A stretch of 32,000 bases of DNA. Origin: Trichodesmium erythraeum IMS101 (GTDB lineage: Bacteria > Cyanobacteriota > Cyanobacteriia > Cyanobacteriales > Microcoleaceae). Positions 20,199 through 31,307 of the stretch are shown in pieces. Position 1 is the first letter of the stretch. Each line of letters opens with the position of its first letter. The notes under the pieces were generated by a model. It was not told the origin of the DNA. It saw only the letters and a program-made list of their open reading frames with translations, and searched no databases. The DNA is taken from NCBI RefSeq assembly GCF_000014265.1, contig NC_008312.1, positions 4,230,001 through 4,262,000 of the forward strand, in the 5' to 3' direction. Position numbers and translations under genes: made by a program.

Positions 20199-20621
20199 CT
20201 AAAAATTATTGGCACTAATTAAACTGAGAATAAACAAAATAGCTGTACCAGAAGAACTAATAGCAAACATGAGCGATCGCCCGATAGGTATATCCAAAAT
20301 ATAGAATATCGAATAAAAAAATCGCCCAATTACAAAAGCAACTGATGCTCCTATGGCTAAAGCAGAATCAAGTTCAGTTAAATAAGCCATAAAAGAAGCT
20401 GCTGCAAATAAAATAAAAGTTTCAAAAGAATTTTGATGTGCCCAAGTTGCCCTTTTAGCATAACCAGGCAATTTTTCAAACATAGCACGAGGCGCACCCA
20501 TATCATAGCCTACTGTAACACGACCGTAGGCTACTACCAAAAAAGGTGCATAGACCAGGATTGAACCTAAAACTATACAATCTAAAAAGATTGATGATGG
20601 TGGTAATTCCAGGAGACTCAT
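20199..20621 (-). CDS. MAPEG-family membrane protein
   Basis: 140-aa ORF with 3-4 hydrophobic helices. The segment [15 protein letters not shown] resembles the MAPEG core. I assigned it by pattern memory only. Confidence 0.5.
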   Translation of the reverse strand: MSLLELPPSSIFLDCIVLGSILVYAPFLVVAYGRVTVGYDMGAPRAMFEKLPGYAKRATWAHQNSFETFILFAAASFMAYLTELDSALAIGASVAFVIGRFFYSIFYILDIPIGRSLMFAISSSGTAILFILSLISANNF

Positions 20622-20638
20622 TTTTATAGTAGAATTAA

Positions 20639-21142
20639 CTAATCAAGATAGAACAGAGTTACTACTTTACGTTGTTCCTCAGCATCTTGACAAGTTTTCA
20701 ATAAAGTATGGCTATCATGAAAAGCAAAACAGATTAACTGTTGACATCTAGATACAATTTCTTGGTTACAAATAGAACTCGCTTCAGCTAAAGATAATTG
20801 ATTGTTTTTTGGATTTTCCACCACATGAATTACTTTTTCTAATTCTTTACGAGATTCTCTTGGTTGTCGTTCTAGACTTTGAGGTAGAATTACAGTAACT
20901 AAATTAGGGTCAGCTCTCATTGCCCCCCGAACCACTGCTAAATTAGTACCCGTTGCACCTGAGGTAATAATATGATTTGAACCTAATACCAAAGCATAAC
21001 TTAACAACTCAATTAATTGTTGATGAGTAATAGGAACATGACGAGAACCCAACATAGCAATTCTTTTAGAACCTGTTTGTTGGATTGCTAAAAGTTCCTC
21101 TAAAAAATCATCTACTTTAGGTATATCAATTGATTGACTCAA
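20639..21142 (-). CDS. DprA/Smf-like Rossmann-fold (SLOG-type) protein
   Basis: 167-aa ORF. IAMLGSRHVP...IITSGATGTNLAVVRGAM...VTVILPQSL follows the GSR...SG.A.G.D...H pattern of the DNA_processg_A fold. It is short and has no C-terminal winged helix. Confidence 0.55.
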   Translation of the reverse strand: MSQSIDIPKVDDFLEELLAIQQTGSKRIAMLGSRHVPITHQQLIELLSYALVLGSNHIITSGATGTNLAVVRGAMRADPNLVTVILPQSLERQPRESRKELEKVIHVVENPKNNQLSLAEASSICNQEIVSRCQQLICFAFHDSHTLLKTCQDAEEQRKVVTLFYLD

Positions 21143-21244
21143 AGATTTTATCTATTGTAATAAAACTGTCAAAGGGATTATAACAAGTAAATATGTTTTT
21201 GTACAATAAAAACACATCTGAAAAATTAATCAATAGAAAGATGA

Positions 21245-22676
21245 GGATGGGCTCAAGCTTTGGCCCAACTATCTAGAGAATTTCTTCTTACTCCCCTTTC
21301 CATTATTTTCGGTGCAGTAACCCCTGGATAAAAAGGGTCTTTATATAGAAATAGGCCTGCAAGATGATCACGCTATGGACAACAATTAGGACATTGGTTT
21401 GATGAAGATGGTGCTATCCTAGTAGTACATTTTAATTTATCTGTTTTGGGAGCTCAAGAACTAAAAGCCATTTACCGCTATATGTAAACATTAGAATATC
21501 AAGAAGAAACAGAAAAAGGAATATCTATTTTTGGTGTTCATAGAATGAACCCTTTAGGAAAATTTTAGGATTAATTAACTAAATTTGTCAAAAATGCTGC
21601 TAATACTTTGGTTTTGGTTTTGCCAGATAGACTTTTAACTTTATGGGAAGGTGGGCATCCTTATTGTATTAACTGAAAGACTTTAGAAACTTTGGGTATG
21701 AAAAATTTAGGGAATTTAGAAAACCACCAAAGCTATTCAGCACATCCTAAAAGAGATAATATTACAGGAAATATCTATAATTTAGGAGTTACTCCTCAAT
21801 ATTTGTAGTTCATTAAATCTATACTGTAGTAATAGTAGGGAAAAAATTCCGCAAAAATTTGTAATACCTATGTCAGGAGTTCCTCTAATTAACAATTTTG
21901 TTTTAGCAAGTCTATATCTGATATTTTTGGTTTCACCTGTAAGTTTACAATTATTGTCAGCTTTGACACAAGTAAAGACCCTTAGTGATGCTTGAAGTTG
22001 GCAAACAGATAGTAGTTACAAATTTTTATTTGTGAGTGTTAATACCTATAGGTAATTAGTAAGAAACTGAACTTTAGTTTCAGCAGTATTTTGGTAATGG
22101 TTATCTAGATCATAGGGCACGGTAGTAATTACTTTAGTCCGCTATGCAGATTTTGAGCAAACAAATAACTACCTTCAAGAAGTAGCTAGTGGTCAAAATC
22201 ATACTGTTGCTCAAGGCATTTTTTGTCATTGGGTCTTCTAGTTCAAGAGGGTCGTATTATTGATAATTATAAATTGCTAGATATCCCCTGTAAATTTCCC
22301 ACAGTTGCTCAGAAGTGAAGTAGGAAAATATCCTGCTTTACTTATCTGTGAGTTCATCAACCATCAAGTAGATATTAGTAAAGAAATGTTTGGGGCGATC
22401 GCTCGTTTCGACCATCAAACCAATGCTCTCACTAGACTAAACTTACCATCTAACTGTTAGCCAATGGAACCTATCTATGATCCTAATACTGAATAAACCC
22501 AGACAGGATGGATCTTAACAGTTGTCTTTGATAGTCAGTATAATCGTAGTGAGGTTTGGATATTTGATGCTTCACACTTAGATGATGAACCTGTTTGTCA
22601 TTTAGTGTTGCTAGGAATCATACCAATTAGTTTTCATAGTATTTGGAATCTATGCCTATACCTTCTATGTATCTAA
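21245..22676 (+). pseudogene. Carotenoid (apocarotenoid) cleavage oxygenase pseudogene
   Basis: One frame from 21275 to 21808 reads REFLLTPLSIIFGAVTPG*KGSLYRNRPAR*SRYGQQLGHWFDEDGAILVVHF...YRYM*TLEYQEE...NAANTLVLVLPDRLLTLWEGGHPYCIN*KTLETLG...YSAHPKRDNITGNIYNLGV. Stop codons lie at 21329, 21365, 21485, 21566, 21572, 21674 and 21806. The C-terminal remnant is GWILTVVFDSQYNRSEVWIFDASHLDDEPVCHLVLLGIIPISFHSIW (about 22508-22650). These are hallmark carotenoid oxygenase blocks. Confidence 0.8.
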
Positions 22677-22778
22677 TTGAATAAGTGAATATACTTATTG
22701 AGCCAATAAACAAGATTTTAGAGCCCTTAATTACACTCCCAAAATATAAGATTACTAGTTTTTGCAAATAAACACTAG

Positions 22779-23852
22779 CTATACTCCCAACTGAAAATGA
22801 CTGAGCAAGCGTTCAAAATCAAAGTGTTGTGCGATTAGTTTTTTGACGAATTCTACTTTAACAGGTTCGTGTAAACGAACACTTCCGAAAGCTCTATTAA
22901 TTATTTCTACTGTAGAAAGGGTTTCATACTCTACTGATAATACAGGGACTTCGGCATCATCAGCACGACTTAATACTAACTCATCTGGTGAAAGTTGTCC
23001 AGTTAAAATTAGACAATGGGTCGAAGTTTCTAAAGCTGCTAACTGAATGTCTGTGCGATCGCCTCCTGTAACTACAGCCATATTTGTAGCCTTACGAAAA
23101 TATTTGATAGCTGAACTAACATTCATTGCACCAATTGTCAAGCTCTCTACCATTAAATCTAGGCGGTCAGAACGACAAAGCACATGAGCTTTTAACTGCT
23201 TCACTAATTCTTCAACTGTAACACTGCGTAATAGATTACTTCTGGGCAATATTCCTAATACAGGTATATTTCTAGCTTCCAGAAAAGGTTTTACTAAAGT
23301 CGTCACTGTTTCTTGCGCTGGGAGTGGCACATCATTAATAATTACACCTATAAGGGAATTACCTAAACGTTGTTTGGCGGAAAGTAAAGAGTCTATATAA
23401 GAATGTGAGTTTGGACGAGTTACCAGAATTACAGCAGAATTAAGAATTTCAGAAACTTGTGGCAGTGATAATTCAAACAAACTACCCTCATCTAGGTTGC
23501 TAGGTCCTTCTAATATTACCAAATTTTCTCCCTTTACCTGTAGATATTGTGTTAGAGATTTTTGATAATCAGTTTTTTCTTCTGCCAGCAACCGCTTATT
23601 TATAATACTTTCATTCAGCATCAACAAAGTTGGTTGAATACTATTGTCTGAAAGTTTGAGAGTGTCAGTTACAAACTGAACATCAGCATCTGTAGAAATG
23701 GATCTTGTGGCTAAACAGTTTCCCAAGAGTTTTCCATAACCAATGGCTATACCTTGTTCTTGTAACTTATGAGCTAATCCTATAGCAATTGTAGACTTGC
23801 CACTGTAGGCTTCAGTCGATCCAATTAGCAAATAATTTGCAGATTTTGGCAC
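22779..23852 (-). CDS. Phosphotransacetylase-family protein lacking the PTA catalytic domain (AAA_26/CobQ-like N-terminus plus DRTGG domain)
   Basis: 357-aa ORF with a P-loop-like N-terminus LLIGSTEAYSGKSTIAIGLA. The C-terminal half carries AVVTGGDRTDIQLAALE, the DRTGG-domain signature. Confidence 0.6.
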   Translation of the reverse strand: MPKSANYLLIGSTEAYSGKSTIAIGLAHKLQEQGIAIGYGKLLGNCLATRSISTDADVQFVTDTLKLSDNSIQPTLLMLNESIINKRLLAEEKTDYQKSLTQYLQVKGENLVILEGPSNLDEGSLFELSLPQVSEILNSAVILVTRPNSHSYIDSLLSAKQRLGNSLIGVIINDVPLPAQETVTTLVKPFLEARNIPVLGILPRSNLLRSVTVEELVKQLKAHVLCRSDRLDLMVESLTIGAMNVSSAIKYFRKATNMAVVTGGDRTDIQLAALETSTHCLILTGQLSPDELVLSRADDAEVPVLSVEYETLSTVEIINRAFGSVRLHEPVKVEFVKKLIAQHFDFERLLSHFQLGV

Positions 23853-24241
23853 ATCCTCACTCCTGCCATAAATATACTTTTAATAATTATTGCATTTTTA
23901 GGGCAAGGATGACTGTTTGATATTCTGCTTTATAAAACTTATATAAAACGTCACTAGTCATGATATTTTAATGTTTACTTCCTGGTCAATAAAATTTGTT
24001 AATGGAATTTGTACAGGAATTCATAGGTATTGCCTAATCACATTTATCAAGTTTATTTATATTTGCATCTTATCTCTATAGTTTTGTATCTTTTTGCAGC
24101 TAAATACCCTTACTTAGGGTTTGCTGAATAAATCTAAAAAAATTACACGATAATGATTTTAGGTATTTTTCATCAGAAATAGTACCCAATTTTTAGCTAC
24201 AATATACCAAAAACCAAGTATTTATACATAATACATATAAC

Positions 24242-25757
24242 ATGTGCAGAAAAGTAGGCTAACGTGAAACGCCACCAGAAAATTTTAAGCTGCCGTTCAA
24301 TGGCCAATTATCCCCAGAAAATCCTTGGGTAGTGATGGCTAGTTTAATTCCTTCTGAGAAATATGAAGATGTATATGCAATCTTTTTCTGTACCATGCAT
24401 AGGAGCACCTGGATTAAATTTGAGAATAGAATTAGGGGTGTTAATTATTAAAGAAAAATTAGGTATAAGGGATAGGGAAACAGTAGAAAAAATTAAGGAA
24501 AACCCCTATTTACAATAGTTTATTGGTCTGGAATCCTATAAAGACCAGGATACCTTTGATGCTTCAATATTGGTTCATTTTAGAGAAATAATAGGTGCAG
24601 ATTTAATCAATGAAATTAATTCAGATATGGTGAAAAATTAGAGTAAAAATCAGGAATATGAAGCAAAAAAAAGAACCTTATTAGAAGAAATCAAGGAGTA
24701 TAAAAATCAAGGTAAATTAATTTAATATGCTACCTGCGCTCCCAGCTATCTGACGGACTTAAATCTATTAAATTGTGGCAGAATTAAAACCAAAATCATC
24801 TAAGATATTCTCTTAAAAGGCTGTTAAAAGTCAGTTTCGCTCAAAACCCATTATTCACCGTAAAACAGCAAAAAAAGAATATTTAAAGGTAGGCAAAAAA
24901 AAGACGACCAATTCCTAAGGCTATCAGGAAAGCTATCAAAAAATAACTGAAATATGTAAGTAAAAACTTAAGCACTCAAAAGGCTGTTAATCAAGAATGG
25001 TGCCCGTCATGAAAGTTTGAGTACTAGACAATATAAAAGATTTTGATATTTCCGTGAAATTTAGCGTCAACAACAATTGATGTGGGATAACAAAGAACAA
25101 CGAATAGATGACACAATAGTAAGTTTAAATCAACCTCACATGCGTCCAATAGTAAGAGAAAAAAGGGGAAAAAATAGAGAATTTGGAGCTAAAATATCTG
25201 TAAGTTGTATAGATAGATATATATTTTTACATAGAATAAGTTGGGATAAGTATAAGGAATCTTGAGATTTAAAGGCTCAGGTTGAAGAGTGTAAAAACTG
25301 TATGGTTTATTACCTAGAGTCAGTTCATACAGACCAAATTTAGCTGACATGAGAAAACCGAAAATTCTGTAAAGACAAAGGTATTATAATCAGTGGTTTA
25401 TTAGGAAGAAATACTCAACAATTTTGATAAAGAACAGAAAAATAAGCTCAGGAGTAATGAAAGATTAGGTCACTATATTGAAGGTAAATTTGGCAGGCAG
25501 CAAAAGAGGATTTAGTCATAAAAAAGTAATGGCTAAACTTTCTAAAACTTCTACAACTGCAATCGCAATTACTTTTTTTGCTTTCTTAGTAATCAACCTT
25601 TCTACTCTCTTAAAAGAGGTTTTTTCTCTTTTTTTATATTTTTTGTATGGGTGTTTTTAATAATTTTAACTTCTAGTTGAATAAATGATGATAATTTTTG
25701 ATAAGCATCAATTTTTTATTCAAAAAAAAATCAACTATTTTCCTACTTTTTGCACAT
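24242..25757 (+). mobile_element. Degraded IS5-type (IS4/IS5 superfamily) insertion sequence with both terminal inverted repeats retained
   Basis: The left end atgtgcagaaaagtagg (24242-24258) is the inverted complement of the right end cctactttttgcacat (25742-25757), matching 15/16. The interior encodes a fragmented transposase. Confidence 0.7.
24262..25660 (+). pseudogene. IS5-type transposase pseudogene (DUF772 N-terminal domain plus DDE domain), broken by many stops and frameshifts
   Basis: The fragments read LSPENPWVVMASLIPSEKYEDVYAIFF, then GAPGLNLRIELGVLIIKEKLGIRDRETVEKIKENPYLQ*FIGLESYKDQDTFDASILVHFRE. Further fragments are DATCAPSYLTDLNLLN, RIDDTIVSLNQPHMRPIVREKRGKNREFGAKISVS (track ORF 25077..25265), ISWDKYKES, ESVHTDQI and MAKLSKTSTTAIAITF (track ORF 25478..25660). 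Confidence 0.7.
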
Positions 25758-26447
25758 AACCTACTTAACTCTGTTGTGTCATGAGCAATTTCTGGGAAAA
25801 GTAAATTATAGATAACTAAACTATTTATGCCTATGATAATTCAACTAAGAAACAGGGTCAGATCGTCTGAACAATTATTGACAAATAGTATCTTTTCTGA
25901 TGTTGGTTATCTTATTTTTTTTGAGATTAATGTAGTGACGAAAATACATTCCAATTGTTAAGCCACAAAAACCGATAATATGAAAATTATGTGATATTTG
26001 TAATTCTTTGAAAAGATTACATGGCAAGCAGATCATAAAAATATTTATTTGTCAATAAAATTTTAGATTATCTTGGTCTGAACCAAGGAACTGTAAGTTA
26101 TTATTAAGCAAGGAAATATAAAATGCTTTACAAGAAACCACGATTGTATTTGAGCAATCAAGGATAAATTGACTTAGTATTATATTCAAAGTTTAACTAA
26201 ATGCACCCTAACAAAGTTAATGACTCACAAATTGCAAGTTGTTTCTTCCTAACAGACACAAAATAGTTAAGTTTTTATTGATTTAGGTATAGATTGTATG
26301 AATATAAAGATTGAGTCTAATTAAATCATAATGTATTTTTTTTAAAAAAACCGTTATTCTTGGGTAATTCAAAATCCTCTTTAAAAGGTAATAGTTTAAA
26401 TGCACTCTTTTCACTATTCTTTGCTGAAAATGATCATTAAACCTAAA

Positions 26448-26819
26448 TTACTCATAGCGGAGTAGCTTGCCGTAGAAACTCTGAGAAAAATCTATTGTAC
26501 GAGTACGATTGTAATTCAGTAAAACATCTATTAAAAAATCAATAAATTCGTAATTGGCCATTGTTAATTCATAACTGAGTTCTTGATTACCATTAAACTG
26601 CATTCGAAAACGAGTTATATCTGCAGGTAATATAGAAACATTCCAGGTAATAATAAAAGGAATATTTTCGTTCCCTTCAATACTTCTTGCTCCTTCTAAA
26701 CTTTTTTGTTTATACAAGCTAATAGCATGACCTAAATATTTACGTCTTTTTTCTGGGTAATATGGACTATAAACGGCTATTTCCCCTTTGTCTGCTGGCT
26801 TTAATTGATTAATTGACAT
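26448..26819 (-). CDS. Hypothetical protein, no recognisable family
   Basis: 123-aa ORF with ordinary non-repetitive amino-acid composition, isolated between AT-rich spacers. I recognised no motif. Confidence 0.45.
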   Translation of the reverse strand: MSINQLKPADKGEIAVYSPYYPEKRRKYLGHAISLYKQKSLEGARSIEGNENIPFIITWNVSILPADITRFRMQFNGNQELSYELTMANYEFIDFLIDVLLNYNRTRTIDFSQSFYGKLLRYE

Positions 26820-27313
26820 CTAAATATACTCTATATAATTAATACTATAATTAAACTTTAGTTATTTTTTTATTGATCAACTACACGACTTAGCAAGTAT
26901 ATTTACAATATACTTACACATATAGCAATTTGAGCAAATGGTTGTCAACATTCAAACACTAGCTGGGAAGCTCCGAAACCTTTTCCTGTTGCCCCAATTC
27001 CTTCAAACTCCTATCCCAAAAAGCTGTGCGCCTTAGTATGAAGCTCGCCAAAGCTGAATATCAGTTAGTTGAATGCTTGCTATAAATTAGATTATTCCAA
27101 CAAATTTATGAGTGGCCGAAAACACTAAATAGATATCTCCGAAAAATAATTGTATGACCGTTTAAAACTAAAAGAGACTTAATTCCTGAAACCGTTAAAA
27201 ACTAAAAGCCTCAACTCTAGAGGTATATCTATAGTTTTTAAGGCGGAATATAGGTTAGTCTTTTAAACATAAGAAAATTATTAGTAGTTGGATATTTTAA
27301 GATTAGTTGAATT

Positions 27314-28822
27314 ATGCCGGACAGTTATTTACCCAAAGACAGTTACTATCAGGAAACCAAAATTTATCAAAACGATACCTCAGATAATGAACAGGAAAAT
27401 TATCAGGTATCAGAAAGGCAGAAAACTTTAGATGTTAACCAGATAGAGCAAAAAATAGAAGTGGTGGAGAAAAAAAAGTTTCAGGATATTTATGATGGTC
27501 GTAGATGTAAAGCAGCACTTATGCTATGGCTTATCTGGACTACTACTATTATCCTACATTTGCTTTCGTGGGGATATTGGATAATTCTGGGTTTGACAGG
27601 TTTACTGTCAGTTCAATTTTTGAGAATACTATTTGCTAAACCAAAATTAGCTCCAAAAACTCTGTCAGAAGAAAATTTTACTGAATGGCCTTATATATCT
27701 CTGTTAGTAGCCGCTAAAAACGAAGAAGCTGTAATCAGAAAGTTGGTAAAAAATATGCTGGCTTTAGATTATCCTACTAATAGTTATGAACTTTGGGTGA
27801 TAGATGACAATAGTACGGATAAAACCCCTTTATTATTAGAACAATTGGCCCGGGAATATGAACAGCTAAAAGTGATTAGAAGAAGTCCAGATGCTGGGGG
27901 TGGTAAGTCAGGGGCTCTAAATGCTGCTATACCTTTTGTGAAGGGAAAAATTTTAGGAGTATTTGATGCAGATGCACAAGTAACACCAGATCTACTCCAA
28001 AAGGTAGTACCACTTTTTGCTAGGGAAGAAGTAGGAGCAGTACAAATCAGAAAGGCGATCGCTAATGCAGGTATAAACTTTTGGACGAAGGGACAATCAG
28101 CAGAAATGGTTGTGGATGGTTTTTTTCAGGAACAGCGAATTGCCATTGGCGGGATTGGAGAGCTCAGAGGAAATGGCCAGTTTGTACGAATGAATGCTCT
28201 GGAAGAATGTGGAGGGTGGAATGAACAGACTATTACTGATGATTTAGATTTAACTATTCGCCTACACTTAAACCAATGGGATATAGATTATCTGGCTTTT
28301 CCGGCAGTAACGGAGGAGGGAGTAACTAGCCCTATAGCTTTGTGGCATCAACGCTCGCGATGGGCAGAAGGAGGATATCAACGGTATTTAGACTACTGGA
28401 AATTGATTTTGCGTAACCGGATGAGATTTAGTAAAACTTGGGATTTATGGCAATTTTTGGTAACACAATATCTATTATCAGTTGCTGCTGTGCCTGATTT
28501 TTTAATGTCAATAATCTTACGTCGTTTACCAATAACAAGTCCTTTAACTGTGTTTACTGTTATGGTCTCTTTGCTAGGTATGTTTATAGGTTTACGCCGA
28601 ACTCGGAAACAACAGATGAACTTAGCAAAGGAGGAAAAGGTGATGGAGTTTAATTCGAGTAAAGATAATCCATTGTCTTTATTTCTAACTTTACTAGAAA
28701 GTGTGCGGGGAACTTTTTATATGTTGCATTGGTTTGTAGTTATGGGTGTTACTATTGCTCGAATGTCTATATTACCCAAGAGACTAAAATGGGTAAAAAC
28801 AGTTCATAGAGGTGATGAATAA
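27314..28822 (+). CDS. Membrane-bound family-2 glycosyltransferase, possibly the cyanobacterial monoglucosyldiacylglycerol synthase type
   Basis: 502-aa ORF. The GT2 catalytic motifs are SLLVAAKNEE, VIDDNSTDKT, GGKSGALN, FDADAQ (DXD) and WHQRSRWAEGGYQRY (QxxRW). TM helices flank the catalytic domain on both sides. The specific lipid-synthase assignment is tentative. Confidence 0.8.
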   Translation: MPDSYLPKDSYYQETKIYQNDTSDNEQENYQVSERQKTLDVNQIEQKIEVVEKKKFQDIYDGRRCKAALMLWLIWTTTIILHLLSWGYWIILGLTGLLSVQFLRILFAKPKLAPKTLSEENFTEWPYISLLVAAKNEEAVIRKLVKNMLALDYPTNSYELWVIDDNSTDKTPLLLEQLAREYEQLKVIRRSPDAGGGKSGALNAAIPFVKGKILGVFDADAQVTPDLLQKVVPLFAREEVGAVQIRKAIANAGINFWTKGQSAEMVVDGFFQEQRIAIGGIGELRGNGQFVRMNALEECGGWNEQTITDDLDLTIRLHLNQWDIDYLAFPAVTEEGVTSPIALWHQRSRWAEGGYQRYLDYWKLILRNRMRFSKTWDLWQFLVTQYLLSVAAVPDFLMSIILRRLPITSPLTVFTVMVSLLGMFIGLRRTRKQQMNLAKEEKVMEFNSSKDNPLSLFLTLLESVRGTFYMLHWFVVMGVTIARMSILPKRLKWVKTVHRGDE

Positions 28823-29400
28823 AGTTAAAAATTGAGGTTACTATTATCCTCAGCATTCCGATTTGATATTTATTATAAAAGTTACTGTAACTGTTGACAA
28901 TTGAATATCAGAGATCAAATATATAGTGTTTCTATTTCTATGTTGTGAAATCTAAATTTTTAGTAACATTAATTAGCTGAAATAATGCTGATAAATTGTA
29001 ACTGTTAGAAACAGCTTCATAAGGTAAATATTATACTAAATTACTATTTGTTTGTTAATAAAAAAAATGTGATTGTCAAAGTTATTGTAGTCACAATAAT
29101 GAAGATTGATAATTTCTATAGTTGAATAATGTTTATATTTTTATACTCATAACAAAAAATGAGTTATAAAAATAAAATTGCTATAACAGATAAAAAATCG
29201 GCAAAACTAGATAATAGATAGAACCATTTATTGGTAAAAGAAATTCCTAATTTATACTAAGCACAATAATTTTAATAAACTTAGCATTATTAAGACTATT
29301 TTATTGATAATTATTTTGCAAAATGTAGTTTTCAAGTTAATTTGCTAAAATAAAATATCTTAACTCTTATTAACTAGAGAAAATTAAAGGTTAAGTTGAT

Positions 29401-30618
29401 ATGGATTTATTAGAATATCAGGCAAAAGCATTGTTTAGTGAGATGGGAATACCTGTTTTGCCATCTCAAAGAATAGATTATCCTAAAGATTTAAAAAAAT
29501 TAAAAATCCCTTACCCAGTTGTACTAAAGTCTCAAGTTCATACTGGGGAAAGAAGTAGCTTAGGGGGTATTAAATTTGTCGAAAATACAATTGATGCTGT
29601 AGCAGCAGCTCAGACAATTTTTAATTTGCCAATTAAAGATGAGTATCCAGCAGTTTTGTTGGCAGAGGCAAAGTACAATGCTGACCAGGAATTATATTTG
29701 GCAGTTGTTTTAGACCCAATAGTACGTCGCCCTGTACTTCTTGGTTCAAAACAAGGGGGTATTGATACAGAAACAGCGATTAAAAGTATGCAAAAGGTGG
29801 TTGTTAATCAAGAATTTTCTCCTTTTTATGCACGTCGTTTAATGGTGAAAATTGGACTGGAAGGAAAACTAATAGAATTAGTCAGTCATATAGTGGAAAA
29901 AATGTATCAATTATTTGTTGAAAAGGATTTAGATATGATAGAAATTAATCCGCTGGGTATTAGCCCAAAAGGAGAAGTAATGGCTTTAGATGGTAAGGTT
30001 AGTGTTAATGATTACGCTCTAGGTCGTCATCCAGAATTATTAAGTATAGTAGGGCAAAATATTAGTGATAATTATGAAATTAAACAGAAAGAAGTTAAGG
30101 AAATAGAGGATAGTTCTTTATTAGTGTTCAACAATATTAATGCTGTCAGTAATAGAAAAATAATTCCAGACTATCGACTGAAATTTAAAGAATTACAGGG
30201 AAATATTGGAATTTTATGCAATGGTAAGGGTTTAACAATGGCTACTGTAGATATGGTTATACAAGCTCAGGGAAAACCAGCTAATTTTCTAAATATTAAG
30301 CTAGGTGATTATTTGGAAGTTAAGAATAGTTTACGATCGCAAATGTTTACAGCTTTGGATTTAGTTAGTCAAAGAGACAATATTAAGGTGGTTTTAATAA
30401 ACGTTATAGGTATAGTTGAAACAAGTGATGAGTTAATTACTATAGTATATGAATATTTGAATAAATTAACAAGTATAGACCAGAAAAAAATTCGGTTTGT
30501 GCTGCGTTTATTAGGAGGTAGAATTAGCAAAGCTAGGGAACGTTTATCAGATCTACCTGTAGAGGTTATAGAAAACTTAGAGGATGCAGTGAGCCAGGCT
30601 GTTTATTTGTCTAAATAG
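29401..30618 (+). CDS. sucC: Succinyl-CoA synthetase beta subunit-like (ATP-grasp) protein, divergent in glycine-rich motifs
   Basis: 405-aa ORF. MDLLEYQAKALFSEMGIPV is the canonical SucC start. DMIEINPL, ALDGKVSVNDYALGRHPE and GNIGILCNGKGLTMATVD are also present. However, the E. coli-type GGRGKAGG is GERSSLGG here, FLDVGGGA is FLNIKLGD and NIFGGI is NVIGIV. Confidence 0.75.
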   Translation: MDLLEYQAKALFSEMGIPVLPSQRIDYPKDLKKLKIPYPVVLKSQVHTGERSSLGGIKFVENTIDAVAAAQTIFNLPIKDEYPAVLLAEAKYNADQELYLAVVLDPIVRRPVLLGSKQGGIDTETAIKSMQKVVVNQEFSPFYARRLMVKIGLEGKLIELVSHIVEKMYQLFVEKDLDMIEINPLGISPKGEVMALDGKVSVNDYALGRHPELLSIVGQNISDNYEIKQKEVKEIEDSSLLVFNNINAVSNRKIIPDYRLKFKELQGNIGILCNGKGLTMATVDMVIQAQGKPANFLNIKLGDYLEVKNSLRSQMFTALDLVSQRDNIKVVLINVIGIVETSDELITIVYEYLNKLTSIDQKKIRFVLRLLGGRISKARERLSDLPVEVIENLEDAVSQAVYLSK

Positions 30619-31157
30619 TGATAAGCACCTACACAAAATACTTGATAGAGTTTAATGTTTGCACAAGGATTGGATGTAGACTTCAATCAATATATAATTT
30701 ATCTTATGTACTTGTTTAAAAAGAGAATAAATTACATGTAAATAATTTGAACTCAAATATAATTGATAGGTTATATAATTGCTGTTGCGTTATTATTTTC
30801 TTGTTCTAATTAGGACTTGCTGAATATATTTATGGGTGAGGGTAAGAGGTATAGACCTACGAAATATTAAGGATCACCAGGCACGAACAATGGGAATGAC
30901 GAACAATTTTTATGCCTTTAATAGCTCAAAATTAATTATTTTGAGACTTGTTTGTCCTAAAGACTGAACATTACATTTTTTCGACAAAAAAAAGCTCAAG
31001 TAATATTTGAGTAAGTGTTTTCCAGTTTTTTTGAGCTCATTCTCATTATTTGAGCTCATAAGAAGGCCAAGAATGTAGCTTGTATAGATGTGTAACTGAC
31101 TATTTAGTAATTTCCATATTGGTAATGTACACCTATTTGTTTTTTGCGTAGTAGTAG

Positions 31158-31184
31158 GTAGGGAAGTTGCTGCAACTTCCCTAC
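31158..31184. repeat. Perfect 12-bp-stem hairpin gtagggaagttg-ctg-caacttccctac in the sucC-sucD spacer
   Basis: I read the self-complementarity directly from the sequence. The arms share GTAGGGA / TCCCTAC with the hairpin at 19607-19634. Confidence 0.6.
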
Positions 31185-31307
31185 GGTGATAATAGAAAAG
31201 AAAAAATAACTTTACCTCAGTAGCTTGAGAAATGCTATAAATAAAAACCTTTGATATGATAAATGATTGTTTGTGTAATAAATGCCTATATAAATAATGG
31301 CTAAAGT

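Noticed and set aside
22843-23046. 67-aa plus-strand ORF
   Set aside because: It is antisense to the DRTGG-domain gene.
26935-27065. Relatively GC-richer patch upstream of the GT2 gene; considered as a gene remnant or ncRNA. A tatagcaat match to the IS630 end lies nearby at 26923-26931.
   Set aside because: The translations in all frames are short and unrecognisable. The IS-end match is only 9 nt, and no convincing secondary structure is seen.
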